Source: Welwitschia mirabilis (lineage: Eukaryota). Taken from it: 64,000 nucleotides of DNA. This document shows positions 1 through 13,799 of this stretch, piece after piece. Numbering within the stretch: position 1 is the stretch's first letter; each line of letters begins with the position of its first letter. Below the pieces are notes generated by a model, which was not told the origin of the DNA, did not search any database, and saw only the letters and a list, made by a program, of their open reading frames with translations. The translations under genes and the position numbers were made by a program. Location: positions 35,169,008 through 35,233,007 of the forward strand of contig JBOZIK010000001.1 in the NCBI GenBank assembly GCA_051453625.1, written 5' to 3'.

Positions 1-530
1 AGCACAAAGTTTAACTCATTTAAGCATCATATGGTCTAACATTTAACATACTAAAATATAAATACACATCGATTCTAGTAGATAATACCATAATCGAGGA
101 CTACCAAGACAATGCAATACATAGCATAAGATTTAAATACAGAATGCATAAGAAAGAGCCAATAAGGAAGCACACGAATTAGGAACCATACCGATTTTCA
201 AGAACTCAAGGTCTTTACAAGTCTTCAAGGCTTTTCTGAGCTCCAAGACTCTGTAGCAAAAGGTTTCCCAAAATGAAAGTAAGAAAAAAGGAGAGGTAGA
301 ACCCNNNNNNNNNNNNNNNNNNNNNNNNNNNNNNNNNNNNNNNNNNNNNNNNNNNNNNNNNNNNNNNNNNNNNNNNNNNNNNNNNNNNNNNNNNNNNNNN
401 NNNNTTTCTGAGCTCCAAGACTCTGTAGCAAAAGGTTTCCCAAAATGAAAGTAAGAAAAAAGGAGAGGTAGAACCCTATTTATAATCTAGATTTGGTGGA
501 ATGTGAAGAGTCACCAAAATATAAGGATAA

Positions 531-702
531 GGAAAGTTAGCAAAGATTCCTTGCATATCAGGACAAATGAAGGTTGGCAAAGATTCCTTACATATGATGA
601 TGAATGAAAGTTGGCAAAGATTCCTTGCATATGAGACAAACAAAGATTTGTAAAGATTCCTTATTTATAAGGATGAACAAAAGTTGGAAAAGATTTCTTG
701 CA
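531..702. repeat. ~37-bp tandem repeat, about 5 copies, running into a gap; probably LTR U3
   Basis: The core (C/T/A)AAAGATT(C/T)CTT recurs at 541, 578, 615, 651 and 688. A minus-strand TATAAATAGG lies at ~475-484. Confidence 0.88.
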
Positions 703-1667
703 NNNNNNNNNNNNNNNNNNNNNNNNNNNNNNNNNNNNNNNNNNNNNNNNNNNNNNNNNNNNNNNNNNNNNNNNNNNNNNNNNNNNNNNNNNNNNNNNNN
801 NNNNNNNNNNNNNNNNNNNNNNNNNNNNNNNNNNNNNNNNNNNNNNNNNNNNNNNNNNNNNNNNNNNNNNNNNNNNNNNNNNNNNNNNNNNNNNNNNNNN
901 NNNNNNNNNNNNNNNNNNNNNNNNNNNNNNNNNNNNNNNNNNNNNNNNNNNNNNNNNNNNNNNNNNNNNNNNNNNNNNNNNNNNNNNNNNNNNNNNNNNN
1001 NNNNNNNNNNNNNNNNNNNNNNNNNNNNNNNNNNNNNNNNNNNNNNNNNNNNNNNNNNNNNNNNNNNNNNNNNNNNNNNNNNNNNNNNNNNNNNNNNNNN
1101 NNNNNNNNNNNNNNNNNNNNNNNNNNNNNNNNNNNNNNNNNNNNNNNNNNNNNNNNNNNNNNNNNNNNNNNNNNNNNNNNNNNNNNNNNNNNNNNNNNNN
1201 NNNNNNNNNNNNNNNNNNNNNNNNNNNNNNNNNNNNNNNNNNNNNNNNNNNNNNNNNNNNNNNNNNNNNNNNNNNNNNNNNNNNNNNNNNNNNNNNNNNN
1301 NNNNNNNNNNNNNNNNNNNNNNNNNNNNNNNNNNNNNNNNNNNNNNNNNNNNNNNNNNNNNNNNNNNNNNNNNNNNNNNNNNNNNNNNNNNNNNNNNNNN
1401 NNNNNNNNNNNNNNNNNNNNNNNNNNNNNNNNNNNNNNNNNNNNNNNNNNNNNNNNNNNNNNNNNNNNNNNNNNNNNNNNNNNNNNNNNNNNNNNNNNNN
1501 NNNNNNNNNNNNNNNNNNNNNNNNNNNNNNCAAGTACTCTAATATTTTCCAAATATTTCATTAAGCATAAACTTGCAAATTTATTAGAAAAGCAAAAATG
1601 TGGATGTGACATGGTTATTCATGTAAATGATGAATGAGATTATTCCATTATTCTCGAGATGAATGTA

Positions 1668-1679
1668 ATATATATATAT

Positions 1680-1710
<31 letters not shown>
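1668..1710. repeat. (TA)n microsatellite, imperfect
   Basis: Read directly from the sequence. Confidence 0.95.
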
Positions 1711-2005
1711 GAGTACTTATGGTTTTTCATAAAGTTATTTTACTATTTTGAATGATATGTATTATTTTTTGATCTTTTTTTTAACTCTCTATTATCATTA
1801 TTATTATCCTTGTTTTATTAATAGCTCTCATTATCATTCTTTATGAAAGAACAGCATAAGAATTATACTAAAAATGAAAGTCTGAGTATTATTAGTATAT
1901 GGTGGATTTGGCTACATAAGATTTATATTCCTATAATGATGTTACTATTTATGATACATTGATAATAGATAGAAGCATAACTAGATTTCATCACACATAG
2001 TTTTT

Positions 2006-2023
2006 TGGCACTATTATTAGGAA
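2006..2023 (+). other. Decayed Athila-type primer-binding site (tRNA-Asp type) after an LTR end
   Basis: TGGCACTATTATTAGGAA differs from TGGCGCCGTTGCCGGGGA only by C>T/G>A transitions. It is preceded by ...cacatagttttt and followed by a T-rich leader. Confidence 0.6.
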
Positions 2024-2734
2024 GAGTATTGGAGCACTCACAAAATTTACTTTTTGTGTATTCCTTTTTATTTTTTATCTTTTATTTTTTTTCTTGTTCT
2101 CTCTTTTATACTAGTTCCTTTCTAGTTTCCTTTTCTTTTTCCATTTTTATTACTAGTGAATTGGTGTTGGTCATGCCTAGTATTTGATTGATGGAATCTA
2201 ATCTTATAAATTATTTTTCTATTTTTACTTGTTATTCTCTTTCTTTCTTTTCATTTTATTTTGTTTTTTCTCTTTCTTTCCTTTTATAAATTATATAGTA
2301 TATCAAATTTTCTTATAGTGGATCTTTTTCTAGTTTAAAAAAAGGAAATTAAGAAAAATAATAAAGAAATCATTTTTTATATCCATTTTTTCTCTTTATC
2401 ATTTCTATCTTATCTCTTATCTTTTTTGTTTTAGGTGACTTCTTTAGTATGTACTTGAAGATAAGTTTTAAAAATAAGGATATTATTGGTAAAAATCATA
2501 GGAAAGTATTTTATTACTTGAATTATTATTTTCTGCATTTTTATTTCTTTCATTACATTGAATTGTAGTTTTGTTTTGTATTATCCCTTTTTAAAATTGT
2601 TATTCAATCTTTTCTTATTAGTTAAGCATACTGACCTGTCATCTTATACTCTTAGTCATTCTAAAAGCTACACTATTATATTTCACCAAAATCTTTCTAT
2701 GCCATCTTACTACTGCCATCATCTTTATTTATCA

Positions 2735-2878
2735 ATGCCACTAGCTTCTTGTGTTAAAACTTCTTGATCTTTTATGAATAAAACATTTGTATTAATCAAT
2801 CATTTTTACTCACCGATGCCACTAGCTTCTTGTGTTAAAACTTATTAATCTTTAATGAATAAAACATTTTTATTAATC
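2735..2878. repeat. Tandem duplication, 81-bp period
   Basis: ATGCCACTAGCTTCTTGTGTTAAAACTT.TT.ATCTTT.ATGAATAAAACATTT.TATTAATC occurs at 2735 and 2816. Confidence 0.92.
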
Positions 2879-3527
2879 TTAAATTTCTTCACATAACTCT
2901 AATGAACTTCTCCTTGCAACATAAACCATAATTCTTAATCTTTCATTTAAAATTAAAAACTACCTTTTTCTTTTAGGACTTAATCTAAATGATCTATAAA
3001 AAATTACCTCTACTCTTAATACTTGGATTTTCCCTATTTACCACTTAGTCTTCTTATACATATACATTGAACTTTGAACCTCTTCATATAATGATTAGCC
3101 TCAATCTTATCCCCATAATTTTGAATTTAAAGATCTTTACTCTTACCAAGGAAGTTTGAGTCTTTTCCTTCAATGCTTTTTCATGCTTCTTAACCTTCAT
3201 AATTTTATAAACTCTCTTTACTATTTACCATTTATTATAACTCTTATTTCTCAATTCCTTATTAATTTCCTTTACTTCTAATCCTTATTCTTGGTTTTCT
3301 CATTAATACCCTTCATTCCACTCATCATCTTTTGACCAATATTATTTATCTTTTAAAACTCAAAAATCCTATTTAAATTCCTTAAAAAATACAATTAATA
3401 AGTTTATGAAAGGTTAATACCACATCAACATCACACAATAATATTTCAACTAGTAAACTTCTCCCACCTTATGAAGATCTAAGCAAAATGTGCAATAATT
3501 GAATCAAATTACTATCCAAATTACTGA

Positions 3528-4800
3528 GACTCTTGTATTTATCATTAATGTATAGTAAATAGAAAGATCATCCTAGGAATATAAATATTTCATGTTCAAA
3601 CCCAAGTTCTAGTAATAATACTAGGATTTATGTTTATAATGTGGTCTCAATATTATTCTTAGATAGATTATGAATTCTACTAGTAAAGTAAGTATAATAA
3701 TAACTAATAGAGAGTAAAATGATATGAGAGATCTAGGAATGGGACATAACAATCAAACTAATAAAATGACTTCATAGAAAATAATAACTACTAAATTAAA
3801 ATCATCTAGGTTTTACTTCAGAGTCAAGCATAATGATATAATCCATTATGAACATAAATTCTCATATAGTCCATGCTAAATCATAATGGCATAATCTTAC
3901 ACATCATAGACCTAAAGGTAAAATATTTAAGTCACCTAGACTTCACAACAAAAATAAATTAGCCATGGAAAGTAGGGACCTCTTAAGATTCATCAAATAA
4001 ATATTCAAGTTATAAAAGCTAAAATGAAAAGAACAATTACCAAATAGATGTTAAAGTAAAATCAATCCTTAATCAATCCTAAACATAATAGTATCAAACA
4101 AACATGACTTTCCATGAAAGTAATGCATTAATAATATGTAGCACTTTATTATCTAAAATGTAAAAGAATATAATCTAAAAATGTACTCATGCTAAACTAA
4201 AAAGCATCATGCTAGCTTAGTTGTTAGCACATCCTTACGTAAGGCTTAGAAAAAACTTAATAGTAAAAATCCAATCTCTTTTACAATGATATGATATGAA
4301 GTGCTTCTCAAGAAAAGAGAAGTAGAGCATTTATAGGCTATTATTAGGGTTTATAATTAGAATTTTAAAGGCCTAATTACATTATTATAAAAATTCCTAA
4401 ACTATATGAAATTATTCTTTAGTCATAAGGCCAAATCAAGGGTTCTTCTTAGAAAATATTTCTTATTCATCTTGCATTTATGAAAATGACTGAAATTAAT
4501 TGCTTGTAGTAAGAAAACTCATGAACATAAGTTTGCTACTATTCTATTCAAATTAACTAATGCTGTTACTTTTAGAATTAGTGCCACTACCACTAATACT
4601 TAGTACACCTTCATCATCTACCACAATGATCTTGATGATATCTTTACCTTGCAAAATGATAATGCTAAAAAATATTATTAGTATAACAAGATTTACATGG
4701 CTTTAAGAATAATAAATGCATAAAAGTATTATGCTTATTAATTAAACATGATAACAAAGCCTTAATTCATTAATGTAGATTTCAATTTTTGCATGTTATC
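3528..4800 (-). repeat. Athila-type LTR fragment, inverted relative to 11257-12537
   Basis: Its reverse complement is colinear with 11257-12537 over ~1.27 kb. Examples: gataacatgcaaaaatt/gataatgtgcaaaaatt, catgagtacatt..agattatattcttttacattt, atacattaatgataaatacaagagt/atacattgacgacagatacaagagt. Confidence 0.82.
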
Positions 4801-7737
4801 GTAAATCCCTAGAACCTAATCCAATGGATGTTAAAAGTAGTAATGATGGTTAAATCAATGAAACCTAAACCATACTATAATAACCACTTCTTTGAATTTA
4901 GCAGTGTAATGATATTATCTAAGTGAGAAGTTAATATCATAGATATAACATTTATATTAATGTATAAGACCTAATATTTATCTTAGTTACATGATAGTTA
5001 TAATTTAGCATTTCCAATCCATAATACTTCATCAAGTAATCATCATATTAAAACTAAAAATTATTTATCATATATGTAAGGGTATACCATACTTAATTCT
5101 TACTTATATTTAGCTAATATTTTAGTTAACCTCTTATACCCATTAATATAGGCTGCTATATTAAATAAGGATCTTATAATTGAATTGTATTAATGAATAA
5201 CTTGGTAGTGGGCTGTAAGATTATGATTTAAGAATATGTCAAAATAAATATAGCCTTAGGATAGGATTATATACTAAAAATATTACCTATTAGATTCAAA
5301 CTAGGGACCTCTACATTATCAACATTTATGATACCAATTATGTTGTTTTTATTAACCCATCTATTTACAATATCTAATCTTAATTAAAATAGAAATTTTT
5401 GAGTCTTTATTTGTAGTTTAGTAAACAATTTTCCATCCTTTTTGGACATCATACATGTATAAACTTAATAATGTAAAGAGGAAGAGTAACACAAATAGGT
5501 AGAAGAAAAGTAGACATCAAATGATAATGGAGTTAAAAATGGCTTGCAATTAAAATTCTTAGAAACTTAGGCTAGGCATTTTGCAAGTATAAACTAATAA
5601 AATATAGATTTAATAGTTATGGGAAAAGGATAAGAATCAACTTTTAAAAACAAACTCATGCTTTCAATGGCTTTAAATAGATTAATTTTAATGAATTTTC
5701 ATGTTCATCTTCAAATAATGGTTTTTCAGACATGTGGTAACCAATTAAAATATTAGTCTATGAAAGAGGAGTTATTTATGGGGAAATAATAAGAAGCTTT
5801 AGATATATTTTGATGATCATTCCTTAAAATGCCAATTTAATCTTCATTACACAAAGTGACATCAATAGAGAAATGTACTTTTCTTACTACTATAGGGATA
5901 CAAGTGTTATTAGTAGTGGATTAGCAAGTTTCTAATGGGTACTACAAGAATTTACAAGTTATCTTATAGGGCCTAAACTAGAGGGAAAATAGAAAAGGAG
6001 TTACCTTCATAGTTTTCTCTAATTATCATAGATTTAGATCATGCAGAAAGGAAGAGAGAGCACATGTGAGAAAGGAAGGCTGCGATATTTGGAGAATTGA
6101 GTTATGGTTGAAAACGTCCCTTTATAAAATACAAACTAATGGTAGTGGCATGGTAACAATTTACAAAATTTTATGCTAGTATCTTATGAAATTTTTCTTT
6201 TGTAGCAAAGGTAATACACTAGTATAAGAAACAAATTTACACAAGGTGAGTAGATTTTAATGCATAAAACAAAGATGGGAAGTTATGAAAGTGGGAATAA
6301 GTCATGAAGGACTTATTTAATGAGAATGTAGATGAGGATTAAGTGTTATCAAATAAAGAATCTACAACTCACATCAAAATAACTATCATAACAAAAGTAA
6401 AAATTAACATTATGGCATAGTATGGAATGTTTGAAGGGAATAATGGAATGTTTGAAGGGAATACATCATAAGAGAAATATTCAATAAGAAGTAGCATACA
6501 AAGGAAAGATGTATTAGTTGCAAATAGCCAAGAGTTAAGTTTAGTTTTTTAATTTCTATATTTAAAAGCATTATTGACAAAATTTTAATTAATCATAAGA
6601 TATGTATCTTGTGGGCTTAAACCTATAACATTCTTATTAATAAAGTAATAACTTAAGCATAGACATCAAGATATACTTGTAAAACCTTTCTCATCTAAAA
6701 GGAAAAAAAAAAAAAAAACGAGTATTGTGTTTCATATATCATTATAAGAAAAGGGATAGCTATGCCTTAAAGTATGTATAACTATTAAAAAATTTATATT
6801 TAAATTTTTAGAATTAATTTCTTTTTCAAAATAAGGAAGAAACTACAACTTGTATAATCTCATAAAAGGATAAGTAATCAAATAAGCATATCTAATTTTT
6901 AATAAAAATCATAAAAAATTTATTTGTGGATGAAATAAATGAATTATAACAAATTGATTAACATCATATCAATTAAAAATTATTACATATCTTTAGTACA
7001 TAGGATCTCTTTTTAATATAACTACTACAAAACATCAATATAATAACTAAAGTAGAGCATGCAAATAACACCTAGTCCTCATTGCAAACTTTAATGTGTT
7101 TTAGTATTCTCCTTTGCAACAGGTCTTACACATGTATGTATGATGTAATAATTACATCCATCATATTTTCTAGTATTTCTCAAGGTAATAAATAAGTAGT
7201 AATAGGATTCCTATGCTAGAAGGTAAAGGAACTAAGTCACCTAAAGCATGATTAAGATCTTAGGATTAATTTAACATTATCTTCATTTATTATTGTCTCA
7301 TTACAAATTTTAGTAATCTAGTTGCACCTTGCTAGAAAGATTATAAATCATATGAAGTATGCCCATTTCTTTCTTTTTGCTCCAGCAGTCTGCTTCCATG
7401 GCCTCCAGACTCCTAATAGAGAGTATCACTCTCTAAAAGTTTTATAACACATTATGTTTATTAGTTTTAATTTTCTTATTTATTACATCATAATAATAGG
7501 TTAATGGTCTACATAAGACATTAATAAGTATGATTCATAATAGAATAACAACAACTGTTATTTAAATTTAATACCAACAAGATAAGTAAAGGATCTAAAA
7601 TATGTAAAAGAACCTCAAAATTATAACACAGAGAGGCTTACATAAGCACAAATTTTGTAGAACACTAAAAAACTTATTCAAGATGCTAAAGAGCATACAA
7701 TTATTACTAGAAAAATAATTTTAAAACATGGAACATA

Positions 7738-7826
7738 GTACAAGAATAAATCTGTGATCATACAAGTAATACAAGAAGGGTCCTTAATCATATAAGTAAT
7801 ACAAGGAGGAGTTGAGATCATACATA
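7738..7826. repeat. 30-bp tandem repeat, about 3 copies
   Basis: ATCATA(C/T)AAGTAATACAAG occurs at 7757 and 7787, with a partial copy at 7817. Confidence 0.75.
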
Positions 7827-8529
7827 TTTTATATCTAAGTTCATCAGCATTACTAATCATTTTAAAGGCTTCAACATATTCAAAATCACAAAATATACAT
7901 CTATGTCTCTAATATATAAGGAACTTAGTTAGTTATAAAAAAACAAATAGGAATGGTTAAGCTCTTAGAGGTAGTTTAGGTTCCCATAATCCATCATTTC
8001 CTAGCTTCACCACTAGGTGTATATAATAATATAATAACATTGCTAAAAAATTTTAAATACATCATATAAATAACATGATTAAAAACTTTAAATTACTTAT
8101 AAATTGCTATAACATATAATTACAAGAAATCTAAACCAAACTATAGTTAATTTTCAAAATAAGTGAAGAAATTTAATTTTAAACAATAAGAACAAAAAAC
8201 ATGCATAAGTAATACGAAATTTTACAATTAACTTAACCTTTTTAGTTAATTAAATAAAAAGTGACAGCTGCATGTTAATTTTTCAATAAATTTTTATAAT
8301 AGTTAAGCATACAATTATTTATTTTTAGTATTTCTATTATTATTTTTATTATTTTTAATTAAGTAACAACTAGACTTATTATTATTAATTAAATTTTAAT
8401 AATTAATTATTTATCTAATTAACAAGAAAGGTTTTCTAAGATTAGGAAAATCGAGACATGGCATACACTCTTTACAGATGAGAAAGAAACTAATGAGAAT
8501 GTATTAAAGGATAAGTAATTAATTGAGGA

Positions 8530-8950
8530 AAGTCAACCCTTTAAGGAAAGTCATACACTTATGAAGAATCATATATTTCAGAATATGTACTCTAGAATTA
8601 CTTGTAAGAAGGAAAAACATTAAATAAGAACTCATACATGATTAATCATAGAAAAAACCCTTGTCTTTTCTTCAATATTCTTATGAGTAAAACATTTTCA
8701 TATTATCTTCAAACCCTAATGTAGAATATAAATCTTCCTTTAAGTTACAATAATTTATTTATAATCTTATGCATACTTCTCTTGATGAAAAAGCTTTTTA
8801 TTTAGCGACTAACTACTGATCTTTATATTCACCTTAAAAAGCTCTCTTGTAAGATTTATAAAGAAATCATGAGCTAGCTATAGAATGGATGCTTTTAGAT
8901 CTTGAATGCATAGACTTTACTATTTTCATTAATGCTTTTCGACCTCCATA
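8530..8950 (-). pseudogene. Possible very decayed Ty3/gypsy RT remnant
   Basis: The minus strand shows frameshifted traces resembling CxDYR, EKTxF and YEFL motifs. Low certainty. Confidence 0.3.
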
Positions 8951-9499
8951 AAAGCATGTGTAAAAATTTATATGAGTTCTCTTCCCTTCCATAACTCATC
9001 ACTAATCATAGCCTTCATACTCTTGAACTTGTTATCTCTTATATCCTTAAGCCTTTACCTATGCATTAAACTAGAAAAACTTACTATGAGGAAAGTTTAG
9101 TTTTATTGCATGATTTAGACTATAATTATCTTATATATTACACTTAGAATGGGTGACTTTATTCATGATAAGATCCATGCCTTTTGATGGTATTTTTCTT
9201 ATGAAATAACCTAAGTATTACCACTTGTATAATCATCTCCTTAATTACTTTAACATAAGTAATTCCAAATTTCATTCACATCCGAAAATAAGACATTACC
9301 ATTTTAAACCTTATCATCTATAACTTCCACCATGGCATTACTTCATAAGGTAATATGATCACCCCTCTTATTCATCTGACTATGAGTGTATGAGACTTAT
9401 TGATACTAGGTAGTCAGCTTTTTATATAAACAAGAATAAGAGATATTTATAATTTTATCATTTTCATTAATATTAGTTGGTTCCTTTCTTTTTAATATA

Positions 9500-12400
9500 A
9501 AGTTATTTTTATCTTTTAGTTATTTTGTTAAGGTATATATGCATTTGATGTCTTTAATTTAGGATCAAGAGAAAAAAGGATTGGTTTTATACTTTTTTGG
9601 TCTACCCTTCTTTCAAGCATTTATGGGGATCAAATCAATTCTCTACTAGGATAATAAGCCAATGATCCCTTTCATGTGCTATGAATATTTTTAAGAAAAA
9701 ATTTGAAAGCAAACAAAATCAAGAAAAGGTCTTGAATCTTTTCACTAGCACATTTATTCATAATCATTTGTATAGGGTTAACTATATTAAGATATAGAAG
9801 CCTACTAGTAATTTAGCTATAACAATTCATTTATAATACAATTGAGTACATTGAGGCTATAGATACATGTTATCAATGCAGCACTAACTTCTTTATGTAG
9901 AAAATGTTAAATATGTTGAAAGAAGCTATGAAAACATTAAATGCTTAATATGATTAAATACTTAAAGCATGTTACTCATAATTATAGAAGGAAAAAAATT
10001 GGAAAGGGCTTTAAGTGAAATTGAAGGCTTAGTATTATTTGTTTATTTTAATATTTTTATTTAAGATCCTTTTACTACTCTTAATGTGTATGAGTTTACT
10101 TCATCAATACCTTGCATTATTTTAACTTAGATTCATAAATAAATAAACATTTTTTAGGCTAATACTTTAGTTTCATAATTTCATCCATTTCTGACATCAT
10201 GATAGAGCCTTAGTTGCATTTTAATTCACTCCATTTTCATTCATTTTACCATTTCTTATTACATGCATTTATCCCTCCAATTTTGTAAGAAATCATACTT
10301 CAAATTACATCTACATCTATTGTGATGAGGTCTCTTCTTCCATGACCTATGCTAGGACTAAATTAGTTTAGATTGTTATTATTATAATAATCAAATAGGC
10401 CTTATGCTTCAATTTTAATTAATTTTTATTTATTATATACCTTTCTACCATTTTGTTAACTTACTCCTTACATTTTTATAACCTTTAAATCTATTTCTAT
10501 TCATTGTTCCAAACTCAAGAGCATTAACTATAGAAAAATGGTATTGTCATGAGCCCTTTCCAACACCACCATTAGTTTCAATTTATCTATTTTACACTTC
10601 TTTACATATATTTTTCTACATATTCACAATTATTTTAGATCATTAGTAGGTTATGAGATTTTACAAAATTTGACTATAACGTGGTCTTTATCCATATTCC
10701 ACCTTATTTTAACACTTTTTCCATTAGCTTTCCTTTCATATTTTTATTCATTTTTCACATTTTCTCTTTTCACTCTTCATCTTTTACCTTTTTCTAAAAC
10801 TTTCATTTATAATAATTATTTATTCAGCCTCATCATTTATTCATTTCTCATAGAATCCTTTTTTTAAGCAATTCTAAATATTGGTTAGAATTGTTTTTAA
10901 TTTTCATTCCTTGCATGTATTTCTTTTAATCATAATCCTTGGTTCAACTGCATAAGATGTAATCCTTATCTTTCATACCTTATTCTCATATGTTTATTCC
11001 CTTTTCTAGCAGATAAACTTTAAGAAAAAAGTTTTAATTGAGTTGGAGGAAGTAGTATTTTCACTTAAAAATCTCTCTTTCATGCTATAATATTTTGGCT
11101 GAATATGATTTGTATCTTAAATTATCCCTTCCTTTTTAAATTATTCTATCATTTCTTATTATACTTGATTTAGTTTTATAGCAATTTTTGCTATGTTACC
11201 TATTCTTTAATATACCATTTTTGCTAAGTAATTGAGTAAAAGGTTGGTTGGGGTAAGATAATGTGCAAAAATTAACATTTTTATTACAAAATTAATGTCT
11301 TATTAACATGTTTAGTTAATTATAATAAATAATTTTCTATACTTATATGCTTAAGTTCATGAAAATCTTGTTTTGTTAACAATCTATCTTAACACTATCA
11401 TTTTTCAGGGTATTTACATCATCTATAGTGTTGTGATAAAAGATGGAGATGTACTAAGTATAAATGGTAATGACACTAGTTCTAAAGTGGAAATGTTAAT
11501 TACTATGTTTAGAATGATATCATATTATATTAATGTTCTTGATCTCTCTTGATGCAAGTAATCCATTTTGATCATTTTCATAAGAAGAAGATAAATCAGG
11601 AATATTTTCTAAGAAGGACCCCTCAATTTGGCCACATGACTAAATAACAATCTCTTACACTTTAGAATTTCTAAAGAATGATTTCAATAGGCCTTTGAGT
11701 TCCTAATTTTAAATCCTAATTATGGCATTAAATACCCTACCTCACTTTACTTGAGTATCATCATATCATTTTCATATTATACAAGAGACTGAAGCTTTAG
11801 TCATGAGTTATTCCTAAGCCTGCCATAGGGATAGGCCACTACCAAGCTAGCATAATGCCTCTTGATTTATCATGAGTACATTCACAGATTATATTCTTTT
11901 ACATTTCTAATAATAAAGTGTTTCATGTTTTTGATGTCTTACTTTGAAATTAGTTTTTATTGATCTCATACTTGTAATGCTTAGGCTCTGGTAAGGCATG
12001 ATTTTAATTTAAAATATTTTTGATGATAATCCTTTTCATTCTAGTTTGCGTAACCAGAATGTTTATCCAATAGCTCTTTGGAGAACCCTAGCTTTCATGC
12101 TTATTTTATTCTTATTATAAATCCTAAGGATATTTAGATATATCACCTTCATATCTATGATGGATGAGATTATGCCATTATCCTTAAGCTAGAACTACAT
12201 GGATCCTCATGTGTATTATGTATGAGATTATGCCATTATTCTTGATGTGGAAGTAAAATCTACATGAATTTACTTTAGTACTTATATCTTTCTATGAAGT
12301 TATTATGCTAGCTTTAATGCTATCTTCCATTCCTAGATCTCATATGTTTTTACTATTTATGACTCATTATTATTGTGCTTATTTTACTAACAACTCTAGT

Positions 12401-12537
12401 TATCTATTTGTGTAGAAGAATGACACTAGTACTATATTATAAATGGAATTTTTATTATTATTAGGTTTATTTATGCAAGATTTTAATCCTTAGAAAGATC
12501 TTGCTATTTATCATACATTGACGACAGATACAAGAGT
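9500..12537 (+). mobile_element. Athila-type 3' non-coding region + PPT (11221-11255) + LTR (11257-12537)
   Basis: A PPT-like ttgctaagtaattgagtaaaaggttggttgggg precedes the LTR. The stretch 9590-10000 is homologous, inverted, to 39660-40110. Confidence 0.75.
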
Positions 12538-13799
12538 AGGTAGGTTTTACCATAAACAATGACTACAGTAGGATATGATTCATATAATTATTATGATATA
12601 AGTCTTAAAGTTTTAATTACTTTAAAGTATTTTGTATACTAATGGAAAAGTAGAAAAAGCTATAGATAAAGAGACATAAAATAAGTGGAGGAGGATAATA
12701 TTTATCAAATGAGATTCATGATGAACTAAATAAAGTTAAAATACAACACAAAGTAATTCCACTTTACATACTCTAGTCCAATGAAATAGTTGAGATAAGA
12801 AACAAAGACATCATTGAAATCACTAGTAACATGTTGTATAAGACATGTATTTTATCATTACTTAAATAGAGGCCATTATAATAGCTATATATCTTTAAAA
12901 TAAACTTTTTATTAAAACCCTAAGTGAGGATTTTCTAATATGAAAATGTTTTGATTAGGTGATATCATATAACCATCTTAAAACCTTTGGAATTAAGTGT
13001 TTCATGCATATTTAATAAAAATAAAACAAATTACAAAATAAAGCAAAAACATGTCTTATGGTTGGTTATTTTAAAGAAAATAAACCTATTAAGTATGAAA
13101 CTAAAATTATAGAATAATAATTATTATAAAAGATATTATATTTGACAAGATAATTAAATTTGTAATTCTATTTTATTCATAACATTTAATGATATAATGT
13201 AAATGAAGGGAGAGTAAGAAAATCACTTATTTTATGATAAACTAGTAAACGTAATTTCAAATTCTTGATATCAAATCCTTGAATCATTAGAATAATGAAC
13301 CACATTAATGATAAAGGAAAAACTATCCTTTTAATAGAAGAAGTTAACAAAGAAATTTCTATCTCGAACGATAAAACACAAATTTCATATTGGATAACAA
13401 ACGTTTGTGATTCATTATAAGAAGATGAAAGGAGTCTAATAGAAGAAAACCTTAATAAAATCACATGAAGTACTTAAGCATTTATTTTTAGTATCATTAA
13501 AGAGAAGTAAAAAAAATACCAACTAATGTAAAAAAATCTTTTAAAAATAGAAATTAAAAGAATGAAATGTAGAAGGAATATGATACACTCATGAAGAATC
13601 AAACATGAAAACTTAACAAAGTAATGAAAAATCGAATTAATACAAAAACAAGTGTTTTGTACCAATACAACAAAGATGATATAATCAATAAGTGCAAGAC
13701 TATATTTGTTATTAAAGGTTTTTCTTATACTAAATAATTAATTATAGTGAAATGATTGCACTGATAAGAAAATTTCCCATAAGATAAATCATTCTTTTT

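Noticed and set aside
234-476. Identical ~71-bp direct repeat on both sides of a 100-N gap
   Set aside because: Perfect identity around a fixed-size gap indicates unmerged contig overlap, not biology.
531-702. CRISPR-like periodicity (also considered for 28700-29150 and 59197-59475)
   Set aside because: The units are degenerate tandem copies without unique spacers, there are no cas genes, and the context is a eukaryotic LTR.
604-1637. Long ORFs in the ORF track here and at 31477-32362, 46824-47489 and 50445-51368
   Set aside because: They consist almost entirely of N-derived X residues.
6422-6463. 21-bp tandem duplication (also a 23-bp one at ~36648-36693 and a ~75-bp-period one at ~53721-53825)
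   Set aside because: Ordinary local slippage or repair duplications in decayed repeats.
5400-8470. Possible gag remnant and Tekay-like LTR
   Set aside because: Too decayed to support boundaries or identity by eye.
2005-13665. Short hydrophobic Phe/Leu/Ile-rich ORFs (e.g. 2005-2187, 10670-10867, 13186-13665)
   Set aside because: Expected by chance in T-rich non-coding retrotransposon DNA, with no recognisable motifs.
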